From: an uncultured delta proteobacterium | GTDB taxonomy: Bacteria; Desulfobacterota; Binatia; UBA9968 | DNA: 64,000 bases | NCBI GenBank assembly: GCA_963771465.1 | Contig: CAVYTU010000009.1 | Coordinates: 1-64,000 of the forward strand | Direction: 5' to 3' | Part shown: positions 11,123 to 21,209 of the stretch, piece by piece | How the letters are laid out: each line of letters begins with the position of its first letter | How positions within the stretch are numbered: the first letter of the stretch is position 1 | Notes under the pieces: model-generated | What the model saw: the letters and a program-made list of their open reading frames with translations, nothing else | Told to the model about the DNA's origin: nothing | The model's database searches: none | Program-made: the position numbers and the translations under genes

Positions 11123-13474
11123 TTATGAATCCGTCTCCAGAGGTTCCGAGGGATAGTAGGACGAATAATACGACCGGTAGTCGACATAATCGGGATTGTG
11201 GAGAATATCGACACCGTTAAGAATAACGCCCAATATCCGCGCGCCGACATTGTCAAGCACGTCCAGGGCGCGTTTTGCACTATGGGTCGTCGTCTTTTGT
11301 CCATCAAATACGACCACTACCCCGTCGCATAGCGTCGCCAGGACCGCGGCATCGCTCACCGCAATAATCGGTGGTGAATCTATCACTATAACGTCGAAGC
11401 TGGTGCGAAACTCGGTCAGCAGATCGCTCATTCTCTGCGACATCAAAAGATCGGCGGGATTCGGCGGCAGCGAGCCGCGCGGCAGCAAATAGTAATCCTT
11501 GACGGAAGTTTCCTGGATGCTCCGCTTAACCTCGGCTTGTCCGGCGAGCACGTTGGCAAGCCCTTCCTGGTTGCGCCGATGCAGCAGATGATGGCAGCGC
11601 CCTTTGCGCAGGTCGGCATCGATAAGTAAAACTTTTTTGCCGCTCTGGGCCAGCGCCATTCCCAAGTTCACGCTGGTCACCGTTTTGCCTTCGCCCGGAC
11701 AGGGACTGGTGACTAACATCACCTTCGGCGGCCGTTCCGCCTGGGACAGCAAGAGCGCCGTGCGAATGTTGCGGTAAGACTCGGCGACAATCGAAAACTG
11801 GGCTCGGGCCAACACAATTTCTTTGCCCACTCGATCGTCGGCGCCGTTCGGCAATGATTGGTGATTTGACTGGGTGTGATCTGACAGCGGCGGATGATTA
11901 CTCTGGCGCAGCGTGCCCAGCTCCAGACGAGGAACCACCCCCAAAGTCGCCAGGGAAACTGCCGCCCAGACTTGCTGCGGCGTGTTCATGGTCGCGTCCA
12001 TGTACTCCAAAAAGAACGCCAGCGCCAAGGACAACAAGAGACCCAAAACTACAGACGCGGTCAAGATTTTCGGAATGTTTGGAGAAGATGGTTTGGTCGG
12101 CTGTTCGGCTTGTTGCACGACCTGAATATTGGAAGCTGCAAGATCATTGCGGACATTCGTGTCATTCATTCGTTTGAGGATCGTTTCATAGAGTCCCCGA
12201 TTGGCCACCACCCCCTCGTTCAGAACTGCATAGTCGACGCCGATGTTTTTTAGATCGAGTGCGGCGTCTTGCTGTTTCTTGGCTTCCGCTTCCAAAGCCT
12301 GCTCCTGGCCCCGTGCCGCGTTATAATTGGATTCGATACCGCGCACGATGTTGGCGACCTCGCCGGCTAAAGTTCTTTTGGCCTCGGCGATCTGTTGGTT
12401 AAGTTCCTGAAGCCGGGGATGTTCGGGCGTGTAGATGCTCAATAGGCGGCCTTTCTCGGTTTCCAAAGTTGCCAGGCTGGTCTTGATTTGCACGACTACC
12501 GGACTGCTGAGCACTTGAGCCAAATACTCGGTATTTTTGTTTCGCGTCATCTGGTAAAGCGATTCCGCCTGGATCCGCGAGGACCTGGTTTGGGTCAACT
12601 GTTTGTTCAGGTCGACGAGCCGATCGACGACAATATTCTCGCCTTTCTCCATCGATACGACCCCGTGCTGCTGTCGAAACTGATTGAGAGCTTTTTCAGA
12701 CGTGACGACTTTCTCTCTTAAGTCCGCCAACTTTTTGGAAAGAAAATCTCGCGCTTCTTGGGTGAGATTGAAATGGCCTTCCAAAATCATCTGAATAAAC
12801 GACGTGGCATGCGCATTAGCCAATTCCTGCGACAGCCGGGGATTCGGCGTACTGAACGAAATATCGACGAGACGAGTATTCTTAACCGGCTCGATGGTGA
12901 GATAGCTCCGATAGCGGGCAACCAATGCTGGAGGCACGCCCAACTCGTTGGCCGTCGGTCTTCCTCCGGTTGATTGCGTCCGAAACAATTCGGCGATCGA
13001 GTCGATCAGCGAATAGATGGAATCCGTTATCCAGGAAATTAGATTAAATCTTTGAGCCTCTAATGAAGACTTGGATTCCGAATCCAATTTCTTTATGACG
13101 CGCGCCGCCATCGGCGCGTTCTTCAGCAGAGCAAACTGCGTTTGGTAATAATCGTAACGATTCACATCCGACTGCGTCGGGGCGGTCTCGACGATACCCG
13201 TAAAAGAGGGATTTTGCGGTTCGATTTTCAATGTCGACTTCGCCGTATACTGCGTCGGCGAAATGATAATGTATAATAATCCTAAAGCCACCACGCCCAA
13301 AAAAACCGGAATTACCACGCGCAACCGCTTCAGCAGAATTTTCCAATAATCGCGCAGGTGCTTTTCCTGCTCCTGGTCTGAGTAATAATACGCCGTTTCC
13401 TCGCTTTGCCCCGACGGTACTGATTGCGTCCGGGGCGAAACGTATTGGGGATAATATTTTGCTAGGACTTTCAT
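11123..13474 (-). CDS. wzc: Polysaccharide co-polymerase / tyrosine autokinase (Wzc/GumC)
   Basis: Two TM segments, coiled coil, Walker A GEGKT, DADLR, IDSPP and a C-terminal Tyr cluster YVDYRSYYSSYY. Confidence 0.93.
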   Translation of the reverse strand: MKVLAKYYPQYVSPRTQSVPSGQSEETAYYYSDQEQEKHLRDYWKILLKRLRVVIPVFLGVVALGLLYIIISPTQYTAKSTLKIEPQNPSFTGIVETAPTQSDVNRYDYYQTQFALLKNAPMAARVIKKLDSESKSSLEAQRFNLISWITDSIYSLIDSIAELFRTQSTGGRPTANELGVPPALVARYRSYLTIEPVKNTRLVDISFSTPNPRLSQELANAHATSFIQMILEGHFNLTQEARDFLSKKLADLREKVVTSEKALNQFRQQHGVVSMEKGENIVVDRLVDLNKQLTQTRSSRIQAESLYQMTRNKNTEYLAQVLSSPVVVQIKTSLATLETEKGRLLSIYTPEHPRLQELNQQIAEAKRTLAGEVANIVRGIESNYNAARGQEQALEAEAKKQQDAALDLKNIGVDYAVLNEGVVANRGLYETILKRMNDTNVRNDLAASNIQVVQQAEQPTKPSSPNIPKILTASVVLGLLLSLALAFFLEYMDATMNTPQQVWAAVSLATLGVVPRLELGTLRQSNHPPLSDHTQSNHQSLPNGADDRVGKEIVLARAQFSIVAESYRNIRTALLLSQAERPPKVMLVTSPCPGEGKTVTSVNLGMALAQSGKKVLLIDADLRKGRCHHLLHRRNQEGLANVLAGQAEVKRSIQETSVKDYYLLPRGSLPPNPADLLMSQRMSDLLTEFRTSFDVIVIDSPPIIAVSDAAVLATLCDGVVVVFDGQKTTTHSAKRALDVLDNVGARILGVILNGVDILHNPDYVDYRSYYSSYYPSEPLETDS

Positions 13475-14517
13475 TATCGTATCGCCGATCCAAGAGAAAC
13501 GCCGGAAATAATCGTGCCTACAAACCGTTTGACAAAGTATTTCATCGAGCTCATCGGCACTACAATGACGTCATCGGGCTCTATCTTATGGTCTACGCTC
13601 TTTTGTGTCATTACACTGTCGAGATCCACCGCGAGAGTTTGCACGTTGGTTGGCCCCCGCCGACGATAAATGGTGACCGCTGAGTAATCGGCTAGTTCCG
13701 GATCTACGCCTCCAGCCACTGCCAAGGCTTGAGTCAATGTATAGTCGCGGCTAATTGGGTAGGAACCGGACTTGCGAACCGCGCCATCGACAAAAAACGT
13801 TCCGGCTTGAGGAACATTGATCACGTCTCCCGCCTGCACCGCCATATTCACGACCATGGCGTCTTTACTATCGATGACTTGCCCTGACGGGTTGGCAAGA
13901 ACGAGTAGGTCAATCACGGCGGTTTGTCTTTTGCCGTCAGCCTCTTGCCGGTAGAGAAGAACCTGGTTGCCCGCTTTCTCGGTGATACCGCCCGCCTGAG
14001 CAACCAAATCTATCACTGTCTTCGGGCCGGTAAGCTCGAACACTCCCGGCTTTTGAACGGCTCCCATAACGGAAATGCGCTGGCGGTATTCGGTGATCAA
14101 GACGCCGATTTGCGGATTGCGAATGTATTGTTCATATTTTTTTTTCAATTCTTGTTCGAGTTGAGACGTAGTTTTGCCCTTCGCTGTCATGGCGCCCACC
14201 AGGGGAACCACGATGACGCCATCCTGGCTCACCCGTAAAATTACGGTTCGAGGCGTAACGCGGGCGTCCTGTTCCGGAATATTGTAAATCGTCAGCTGAA
14301 CTAGATCGTCTGGGCCGATTCGATAGTCGGCAGTCGAACTGCCTGACTGAGCCGCAGCGATCGATAGCGCTTGATTGATTTCGTTGGTCGCGGCCCTTGG
14401 CGCTGGAGCAGCCTGACCCGCCGGCATGTCCGTCGGAGTGGGCGTCGCGGTGCAGCCGAACACAAGAGTGAGTGCCACGACGTAGAGTACCCACAGTCTA
14501 CATTTCTGCGTTAACAC
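13474..14517 (-). CDS. wza: Polysaccharide export lipoprotein with SLBB domains (Wza)
   Basis: Lipobox VFGC, YRIGPDD, PLVG, V.GAV.KPG. GGAGGG RBS before GTG at 14517. Confidence 0.9.
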   Translation of the reverse strand: MLTQKCRLWVLYVVALTLVFGCTATPTPTDMPAGQAAPAPRAATNEINQALSIAAAQSGSSTADYRIGPDDLVQLTIYNIPEQDARVTPRTVILRVSQDGVIVVPLVGAMTAKGKTTSQLEQELKKKYEQYIRNPQIGVLITEYRQRISVMGAVQKPGVFELTGPKTVIDLVAQAGGITEKAGNQVLLYRQEADGKRQTAVIDLLVLANPSGQVIDSKDAMVVNMAVQAGDVINVPQAGTFFVDGAVRKSGSYPISRDYTLTQALAVAGGVDPELADYSAVTIYRRRGPTNVQTLAVDLDSVMTQKSVDHKIEPDDVIVVPMSSMKYFVKRFVGTIISGVSLGSAIR

Positions 14518-14614
14518 GGGTTTTCCCTCCAATCCGGCTCGCGGACATAGCTCCGCCATCAGTGTACAACCGTCTATCTTTTGACCATCGAGCTGGCATA
14601 CGGACGGACGACTC

Positions 14615-15175
14615 TCAATCTTCTGCTGAGGTCCAACCCGATCCGATAACCGCGCCGTCAACCGTCCACGCCGCGCGGCCGCTTTTGATGAATTCAACGC
14701 CAAACTTCACACTGATCTGGCGGCTCAAGAGGGTTAATAAAACTTTTACTCGGCCGCGGTTGTCAGGTGGCGATTGAATGATTCCCATGAGACCGTCGAA
14801 CGGCCCGCCGGATATTTCGACTTCTTCGCCGCGCTGCAACCGCGAGCGTGCTTGGATGATTCCCTTGTCGTTGGCTTGCGCCTGCAAGAAGCGCACGACA
14901 CTATCATCGATCGGAATCGGCTCGTCACTGAAACTCACGATACGCTTGACGCCCGGCGTCCAGATGACCAGGTGAGACTCCATCGCGATGTTGACGCGAA
15001 CAAATAAATAATTCGGAAACAGCGCAACAATGCGGTTCCTGCTTGGGCGGCTGCTGGGAATGTGTAAACGAGGAAAGTAGCATTCCACTCCTCGGAGTGA
15101 AAGTTGGAATTGTGCCTGTTCCTCTTTGTTCCGATTGCTGTAAACGGCGTACCAATCTCGCGTCAAATTGTCCAA
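14615..15175 (-). CDS. NusG-paralog transcription antiterminator (RfaH/UpxY/LoaP class)
   Basis: WYAVYS, LFPNYLFV, TPGV and KOW motif GEEVEISGGPFDGLMG. It is the first gene of the EPS operon. Confidence 0.9.
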   Translation of the reverse strand: MDNLTRDWYAVYSNRNKEEQAQFQLSLRGVECYFPRLHIPSSRPSRNRIVALFPNYLFVRVNIAMESHLVIWTPGVKRIVSFSDEPIPIDDSVVRFLQAQANDKGIIQARSRLQRGEEVEISGGPFDGLMGIIQSPPDNRGRVKVLLTLLSRQISVKFGVEFIKSGRAAWTVDGAVIGSGWTSAED

Positions 15176-15213
15176 ACGTGATGTCCTTCTAGATTAGTTT
15201 GCGAATAATATTG

Positions 15214-15229
15214 AGCAAGTGATATGCCA
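15214..15229 (-). promoter_or_regulatory. Sigma54 -24/-12 promoter of the EPS operon
   Basis: Minus strand TGGCATATCACTTGCT, ~40 bp upstream of the NusG paralog. Confidence 0.8.
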
Positions 15230-15297
15230 GGCGAATGCGAATATCATTCCGCGCCTAATCAAGCAAGATGATGTCGGGATAACATGCCGGAACGAAA

Positions 15298-15320
15298 ACT
15301 GTCGGAAGAATTCCGACAGT
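15298..15320. promoter_or_regulatory. Perfect inverted repeat, candidate enhancer-binding-protein site
   Basis: ACTGTCGGAA-gaa-TTCCGACAGT, ~70-90 bp upstream of the sigma54 promoter. Confidence 0.6.
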
Positions 15321-15837
15321 AGAGCAGGCAAAAGCGTACGGGTTTTCACTATACGAAACATTTTTTCATGCCCAAATAAACCGATTTTCCAGCTGGGAAT
15401 CGAGCCAGTTGTGGCCGGTTAGTAAGGGTCCTCAGACCCGAACTAATAAAACGTGTGAAGATTTGAGGATACCTCACCCTAAAGCCGTTAGCGTGGCGCA
15501 AGATTTTGTTTTTGCGACGTGGATGTAGGTGCGCCATTTTTGGCCGAAAACATTTCACGCCAAAGTGCAACGAATTACAAAAGATTTCTATCATCTCGCC
15601 GTTGCCGCAAATCCTAGCGACTCTGAGGCGATGAGCTTGAGAATGCTCATTCGCATCGTCGAAATATCGTCAAAAGCGCTATCGATCAATGCTCGCCGCT
15701 GGAACGCCCTGTATTCACTGCGTCGGCCGCTAACGTTTGTTTCGGTTTTTAAAAAACGCTGGCATCGGGTCGCCTCGTTGCTAACCTGACAAAAACCTCA
15801 TCCGTTGGGATCGTTTCGATCACTGATTATGAATTGG

Positions 15838-15853
15838 AGCAATTGGAGTGCCA
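15838..15853 (-). promoter_or_regulatory. Second sigma54 promoter upstream of the EPS operon
   Basis: Minus strand TGGCACTCCAATTGCT matches TGGCAC-N5-TTGCW exactly. Confidence 0.75.
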
Positions 15854-16451
15854 GTAACTTTGAAGCGTGCAATATCAACGACTTGTGACGCAGTAGCGAG
15901 TGGAGCCTATAGTGAAATCCGTAAACAAGTATTACAGTTTATTTTTCATCTAAAATAACTTTTCATTCCTTAATTAAAAATACTTTTATTGAAATAGTAC
16001 TTAGCACATTTCGCAAGCCATTTTGGCGCTGCGATGAAGTGTAAACTCTTCTAACAAGTACGTTTAAGCTGAGCTGATATAACGGACATCGGGGCGCGCA
16101 AATGCCGTTGGCAAGACCACTGATCCGAAAATATTTTACGCCAAGAACGTACGCGCGCCAGAATCGGCCGAAAATCCATTTAACCGGGATTATCCTACGC
16201 TACTGTAGGTATTTCCTGATGCGCTTCGCTGAAATCCTAGTGACGAGAATCTCCATTCAGCAGAAACTTTCGTTCCAGAAAGATTTAACTCGGCAAGAGG
16301 AACAGCCGAACTTGATTCCGTTAGTAAAGAGTTCGCATTGTTTAATTTGTGTTGGCGGTGTCTTGCTCTATTGAGCAGTGTTGAAAGCAAATCGGGTGGG
16401 AGAGATTCGTAAGAGCGATCTTTCCTAGTCACAGGCGGCTTTCGATTGTAT

Positions 16452-16826
16452 TCATCTCTCGGTTAAAAGGTATTCTTCTATTTTTGCTCGGATCGTGGCC
16501 GAGTGAACTGGCTTTTCCAGGTAATCAATCATGCCTGCGTCCAACGCTGCTTTCCGATATTCCCAGCCGATATAAGCACTCCATCCAATAATGGGTATAC
16601 GACGAGTCCTCGGATTTTCACGTATTGCTTGCGCTACCATCGTGCCACACAAATCAGGAAGTTCGAGATCCAAAACAATGAGATGCGGCTCAACGGACAT
16701 GGCTTTTTCTATCGCCTCAGCGCCACTTGCCGCCTCGGAAACTTCGTAATCAGAAAACCGTAGCATCGACACTAGTATCTGCCGTAGATCCTGATTGTCT
16801 TCAACTATTAAAATTTTCTTTGGCAT
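16452..16826 (-). CDS. Single-domain response regulator (CheY/DivK-like)
   Basis: KILIVEDN, LDLELPD, IPII, YLEKP. Confidence 0.9.
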   Translation of the reverse strand: MPKKILIVEDNQDLRQILVSMLRFSDYEVSEAASGAEAIEKAMSVEPHLIVLDLELPDLCGTMVAQAIRENPRTRRIPIIGWSAYIGWEYRKAALDAGMIDYLEKPVHSATIRAKIEEYLLTER

Positions 16827-16949
16827 ACTAAACGCGCCGTTGTTGGCTTTACTAGGCGAAGCGGCGATATGGAGTGGAAAGGCCACTGAAATATCTGAGC
16901 CTTTCCGTTTGAAACCCGTAAAAAATTTTTCTTTCTCTCAAACGTTTGC

Positions 16950-16965
16950 CGCAATGGTCATGCCA
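16950..16965 (-). promoter_or_regulatory. Sigma54 promoter of the response regulator gene
   Basis: Minus strand TGGCATGACCATTGCG. A TGT-N10-ACA element (TGTCCCATGTCCGACA) lies at 17020-17035. Confidence 0.7.
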
Positions 16966-17695
16966 AAATTAGATCGCATCATTGCGTCGAGAGAAATTGT
17001 GCAAGTAAAAAAATATTTTTGTCCCATGTCCGACATTTAAGAATAATTCCCGGAACAGTCATCCAATAATTGGGACACGTCCCGAGGAATGAGGCTCCAA
17101 TCTCCTTTACCAGCCCCGGGTGTAGAATGATCCAACAACACCATTGGAAGTGGCCCACCGCTTGCTCGTTTAGCCAAGCATTTTTTATCTGGGCGATGGA
17201 AGATTGCCGGAGCTGCCAAAGTCACTTTTAGACACGCCGAATGCAACTTGCCGATATTGGCCGAAAACTCACCCAGTTTTGTTGCAATTGCTGCAACTGA
17301 TGGATCAGGATTCTCAAGAACTCGACGACGAGCAACTCTTCGTCTGAGCCGGCTTTTAACCGTTGGATTTTGAAGTTCAGCCGAATGGCAGAAGCGCGGA
17401 GCATCTTCGGTAAACTTGAGCCGGCTCACTAACTTCCAGAATGGGTCACTTCTAATCATGCCCTTTTCATTCCAGCCTTGTCGCTTTGGTAAAGGTCGAT
17501 CTCCAGTTGCAGTCCATTTCATCCACAATTTCAGCCTCTTGCGAAGTTTTTCGTCAGCGTATGTCATCCGGCTGTCATTCAGCCAGCCGTATTTATCTTG
17601 ACTAATAGGCGTGGAGGGAACTATAAGGAGAGACTTGGCATCTCTGCGGCATAGAGAAGAATATTCGGAACAATTGGTTTAAATAAGCGGGTATT

Positions 17696-18742
17696 ATGAT
17701 GCAAAACAAGGGACTTTGGGTTTCTATCAGCTTGGCTTTCTTAGTGATCGTCTCGGCGCTTCACGCATCCGTAGCTCCCGTCTTTGGAGATGACCTTGCT
17801 GCCAGCTCTTCATCGTTTAACTTCATCACCATAGATATACCTATTCCTAACGGGCAGCTTGGTTTCACTGCCCTGTCGGACATCAATGAAAATGGCGAAA
17901 TTACGGGAGGATTTACAAATAGCAATTTAGGACCGTATGGATTCCTTCTTAATAAGAAAAGGAGAGCGACTGATATCCGATGCTCGAAAGATGTTGTTTC
18001 TATGGAGCCGCAGTCGCTCAATAAACACGGTGAGATTGCTGGATTCGCTACTGTCATTACTGGCATAATCAAGATTCCAGCACCTCCATTCGAGATCGCG
18101 ATTACTAAACTGAGTGGGTTTTTGAGGGACAAAAAAGGCAGATGCACTATTCTCGATTTTCCAGGCGCAAATTTGACCGAGGCTACCGGCGTCAACGATG
18201 ATGGCCAGGTCGTTGGTAATTATCGTGACGCCGCTGGAAAGTTTCATGGATTTTTTTGGGATGCCGGTCTGTTCCTCACGTTCAATGTACCCTTTGCTGA
18301 TGCTCGTATCACAGCGCCCACGGCAATCAATAACGTTGGCCAGATTGTCGGATTTTATTTCGATAGTAATGTGACCACTTCGTTTCCGAACGGTCACGTT
18401 CACGGATTTATCTATGATAAGGGAGTCTTCAGTGCGTTTGATTTCCCCGAAGGCGTAGAGACTTATCCGGCGGACATTAACGACCACGGTGTAATCTTAG
18501 GAATCTATGAAGATGCTAACTTCGTAGGCCGCAGTTTTCTGCTTCAGGATGGAGCCTTCACCACCTTCGAGGTTCCTTTCGCTGCGGTTCTTGAGACTGT
18601 GGTTAGCGGGATCAATAACAAGGGTCAGATTGTGGGAAGGTATATAAAACACAATCCCAGCGATCCCGAGACGCCATTTCTCAGCCACGGATTTATCGCG
18701 ACGCCAAAAACCAATTTAAAGTTGGTTGCACAAATACATTGA
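17696..18742 (+). CDS. Secreted protein with HAF-type extracellular repeats (probable beta-propeller)
   Basis: Signal peptide and about six repeats of IN..G.I.G...HGF. Confidence 0.8.
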   Translation: MMQNKGLWVSISLAFLVIVSALHASVAPVFGDDLAASSSSFNFITIDIPIPNGQLGFTALSDINENGEITGGFTNSNLGPYGFLLNKKRRATDIRCSKDVVSMEPQSLNKHGEIAGFATVITGIIKIPAPPFEIAITKLSGFLRDKKGRCTILDFPGANLTEATGVNDDGQVVGNYRDAAGKFHGFFWDAGLFLTFNVPFADARITAPTAINNVGQIVGFYFDSNVTTSFPNGHVHGFIYDKGVFSAFDFPEGVETYPADINDHGVILGIYEDANFVGRSFLLQDGAFTTFEVPFAAVLETVVSGINNKGQIVGRYIKHNPSDPETPFLSHGFIATPKTNLKLVAQIH

Positions 18743-18929
18743 ATCAAAGGTGGGCTTTGGCGGCTTTGCTTCTCGCCTGTTAGGGCACTATTTCGTTATG
18801 CAATCTCCACGCTCACGACCTTCGATTACAATCCACGCAAGGCCGTGTATTACGCGGTAACCCGCGGACCATCGATCCTGACAAGTTGTTCTCAGTATCA
18901 ATCAGTAAGTAATTTTTTGTAAGTAGTAA

Positions 18930-18971
18930 TGCCCCCGGCGAGATTCGAACGCACGGCCTCAGGGTTAGGAA
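18930..18971 (-). repeat. Displaced, degenerate 3' half of tRNA-Arg(CCT) (att site)
   Basis: 37/42 identity to 21062-21103. The similarity ends exactly at the 7-nt anticodon loop. Confidence 0.85.
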
Positions 18972-19206
18972 ATCTGGTTGAGCATTTCTGTGGCCGTCGA
19001 GACAGCCCACACAAAGACAGCCTGCCGTAACTTCTCCAACGAGAACGCTGAAGATTAGCCGATAAAGAACCCACCGCGAGCTGAACGGGCGCTCATTGCT
19101 TCATCCACCGCCTCTCATGCCAACATTTGACGTCGGCCGGCGGTTCTTGAGTGGTGGTCTTCTGCCTTTTGAGTTCTTGGCAGGTTCCTGTTAGTGCCGA
19201 GTCAGA

Positions 19207-19842
19207 TCAGTATAAACCGGGAAGCAATCGATAACGCACCGCATCCATGTAGTTACGATAGATCTCATCCTGCGCGAGTAATCGCTCTTCGAACCTGATG
19301 CGCCACATCATCAAAACGAAGCCGGCCAGAGCCACGCTGGTATTGTAAAGGCTCGGGTGGCGCATAAGCGTGCCAAGCGCGGCGACCATGTAGGAAAGAT
19401 AGATGGGATGACGGACGAAGCGATACACGCCGGAGGTTCGGATATCTCGAAGAGAGGGCAGCACGGCAAAGCTGCGGCCCAAACACTGGATGGAAATGAT
19501 CGTTATTAGTGAGCCGATGGCAGTGACGACCCCACCCAACAGAGCAAGCACGGGCGAAGACGTCGGCTTGATCTCGAAGGCGAATAAGTAAATTAGCGAT
19601 AACAGCGTGATCAGGATTTCCAGCGGGCGTTTGGTTGAGTACCGCGCCGGTTGACGGATGGCGAAGATGAAAGCGCATTGGATGTGAAGAGCCACGAACA
19701 ACCATATCGGGGCATACGCGTCAGGTATGGCATAGCGCCAGGTAAAGACGGCCAATACCATCGATAGGGCGACCCAGAGCAAATCGAGCTTGCGATGTTT
19801 GATCTCAAGCGATCTCGATATTGTCAATGATGATATATGCAA
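19207..19842 (-). CDS. Isoprenylcysteine carboxyl methyltransferase (ICMT/PEMT)-family membrane protein
   Basis: LGRSF, TSGVYRFVRHPIY, RI.FEE.LL, Y..Y...V.YRLLPG.Y. Confidence 0.88.
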   Translation of the reverse strand: MHISSLTISRSLEIKHRKLDLLWVALSMVLAVFTWRYAIPDAYAPIWLFVALHIQCAFIFAIRQPARYSTKRPLEILITLLSLIYLFAFEIKPTSSPVLALLGGVVTAIGSLITIISIQCLGRSFAVLPSLRDIRTSGVYRFVRHPIYLSYMVAALGTLMRHPSLYNTSVALAGFVLMMWRIRFEERLLAQDEIYRNYMDAVRYRLLPGLY

Positions 19843-20375
19843 CGCGGTCGCCGTCCCGGATCTTAATCAACGTTACATTGTGACCCGGTTGACCCATCTT
19901 GCCAAGCGGCCGCTGCTATCCCATCGTTCTTTCCGGTTTGCCGTGCGAGAGCAATCTGGACTGGTTTTCTCGCCGGTCCCAGCGGTGTCTGTCATTTCGG
20001 GGATAAATCCCCTGAAGGGACTGCAAGGTGCCGACTTTATCTGACTCGTCGCATTCAATTCACGAGAGTAAATCCTGACCAGTTGGGGTTAGAGACATAA
20101 TAGATATCAGTCTTCAAACGTATGAAACAACGAAGCTTTTTCGCGGCACAAAATCGACAATCCTCGGGCAACGGCGTTCAGCTATGCATTCGTTAGCCGT
20201 GACGTGCTCTCTATTCTACAAGGCGTCGTGATTAGTATGAGTCGTCGAAGTTGGTGTGTATGCGAGGCGTCGTTGGTCTTTTTAAATTCGGCAAGTTCGC
20301 TTGTTAAAAACGTTGAGTTTTGCTTAGCTTTCATCTTTCATTTGCCAATCTATGTAGTTTGCTTACGAACAAAAA

Positions 20376-20678
20376 CTAACGATCTAAGCGGTCCACGGTC
20401 ACGCGCCGAGATCCCGAGGCATAGGAACAACGCAGCCGAACATCGCGTCCTGCTGAGTCTGTGGCGTGAATTATTGCTTCCCATTCACCGCGCCCCGCAG
20501 GCCGCGCGGGCTCCACGTCGATTCTTCTCAGCCCCATGTCACGGGCTTGGTCCGCGCATTCGCTGCTGTTGGATCGCTCCCGCGGCCAGTTGCCAGCTTC
20601 GTAAAAATTGGGAGAAACCACGAGGCAGCCGGAAAGGACGAGAGAAAAGATGCCGACGCTCACTAGTTTCCACTTCAT
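20376..20678 (-). CDS. Small hypothetical lipoprotein
   Basis: MKWK + hydrophobic stretch + LSGC lipobox, with two further Cys. Confidence 0.7.
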   Translation of the reverse strand: MKWKLVSVGIFSLVLSGCLVVSPNFYEAGNWPRERSNSSECADQARDMGLRRIDVEPARPAGRGEWEAIIHATDSAGRDVRLRCSYASGSRRVTVDRLDR

Positions 20679-21061
20679 GGCGAGTCTCCTTTTGCTGAAT
20701 GTCCTTATATGTTTGCTTGACTTGACCTTGGTCGCTCCTTGAAGCGTCAAAGAGTGAAGTCGGACAGCAAGTGCTATCAAGTCACGGACGTTGCGCTCGT
20801 TCAAGCCCACCCAACGTCGGCATGCGATCCAGCCGAGGCTCGATCTTGAATGTCTCTTAGGCTGCGCTTCAAGCGTTCTCGCCTCGAATCTGCTTGGACC
20901 ACGTGCCAACAGATACAACTTCATCCTATTCAGCGACCGATACCAACAGCGCAATGCCTGACAAGGGTATCCATCGCGTTGGCAGTTTTTCTGTTCATGC
21001 GATGATGCGGAAAGACTTTCTAATTGCGAGGTAAGTTTTTGAAACTGCGAAAGTGTTTTAA

Positions 21062-21135
21062 TGCCCCCGACGCGATTCGAACGCGTGGCCTCAGGATTAG
21101 GAATCCTGCGCTCTATCCATCTGAGCTACGGGGGC
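21062..21135 (-). tRNA. tRNA-Arg(CCT)
   Basis: GCCCCCGTAGCTCAGATGGATAGAGCGCAGGA-TTCCTAA-TCCTGAGGCCACGCGTTCGAATCGCGTCGGGGGCA folds as a full cloverleaf. CCA is not encoded. Confidence 0.95.
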
Positions 21136-21143
21136 ACAAGCAA

Positions 21144-21206
21144 TATCAGCTAGTTACACTTATATTTTTTCGCTCCTGTGTCAAATTGTGCCACGTTGTG
21201 CCAAAC
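21144..21206 (+). promoter_or_regulatory. IHF-like site and three integrase arm-type direct repeats
   Basis: TATCAGCTAGTTA fits WATCARnnnnTTR. TGTGTCAAAT-TGTGCCACGT-TGTGCCAAAC at 21177-21206. Confidence 0.7.
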
Positions 21207-21209
21207 AAT

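Noticed and set aside
15484-15495. ops-like sequence GCCGTTAGCGTG
   Set aside because: It is on the plus strand, opposite to the EPS operon, and has two mismatches to GGCGGTAGnnTG.
17037-17567. 176-aa ORF on the minus strand
   Set aside because: No recognisable motif or clear RBS; cannot be supported as a gene.
19873-20058. Small ORF upstream of the ICMT-family gene as a RiPP precursor
   Set aside because: TTG start without RBS, no leader/core pattern and no other modifying enzymes nearby.
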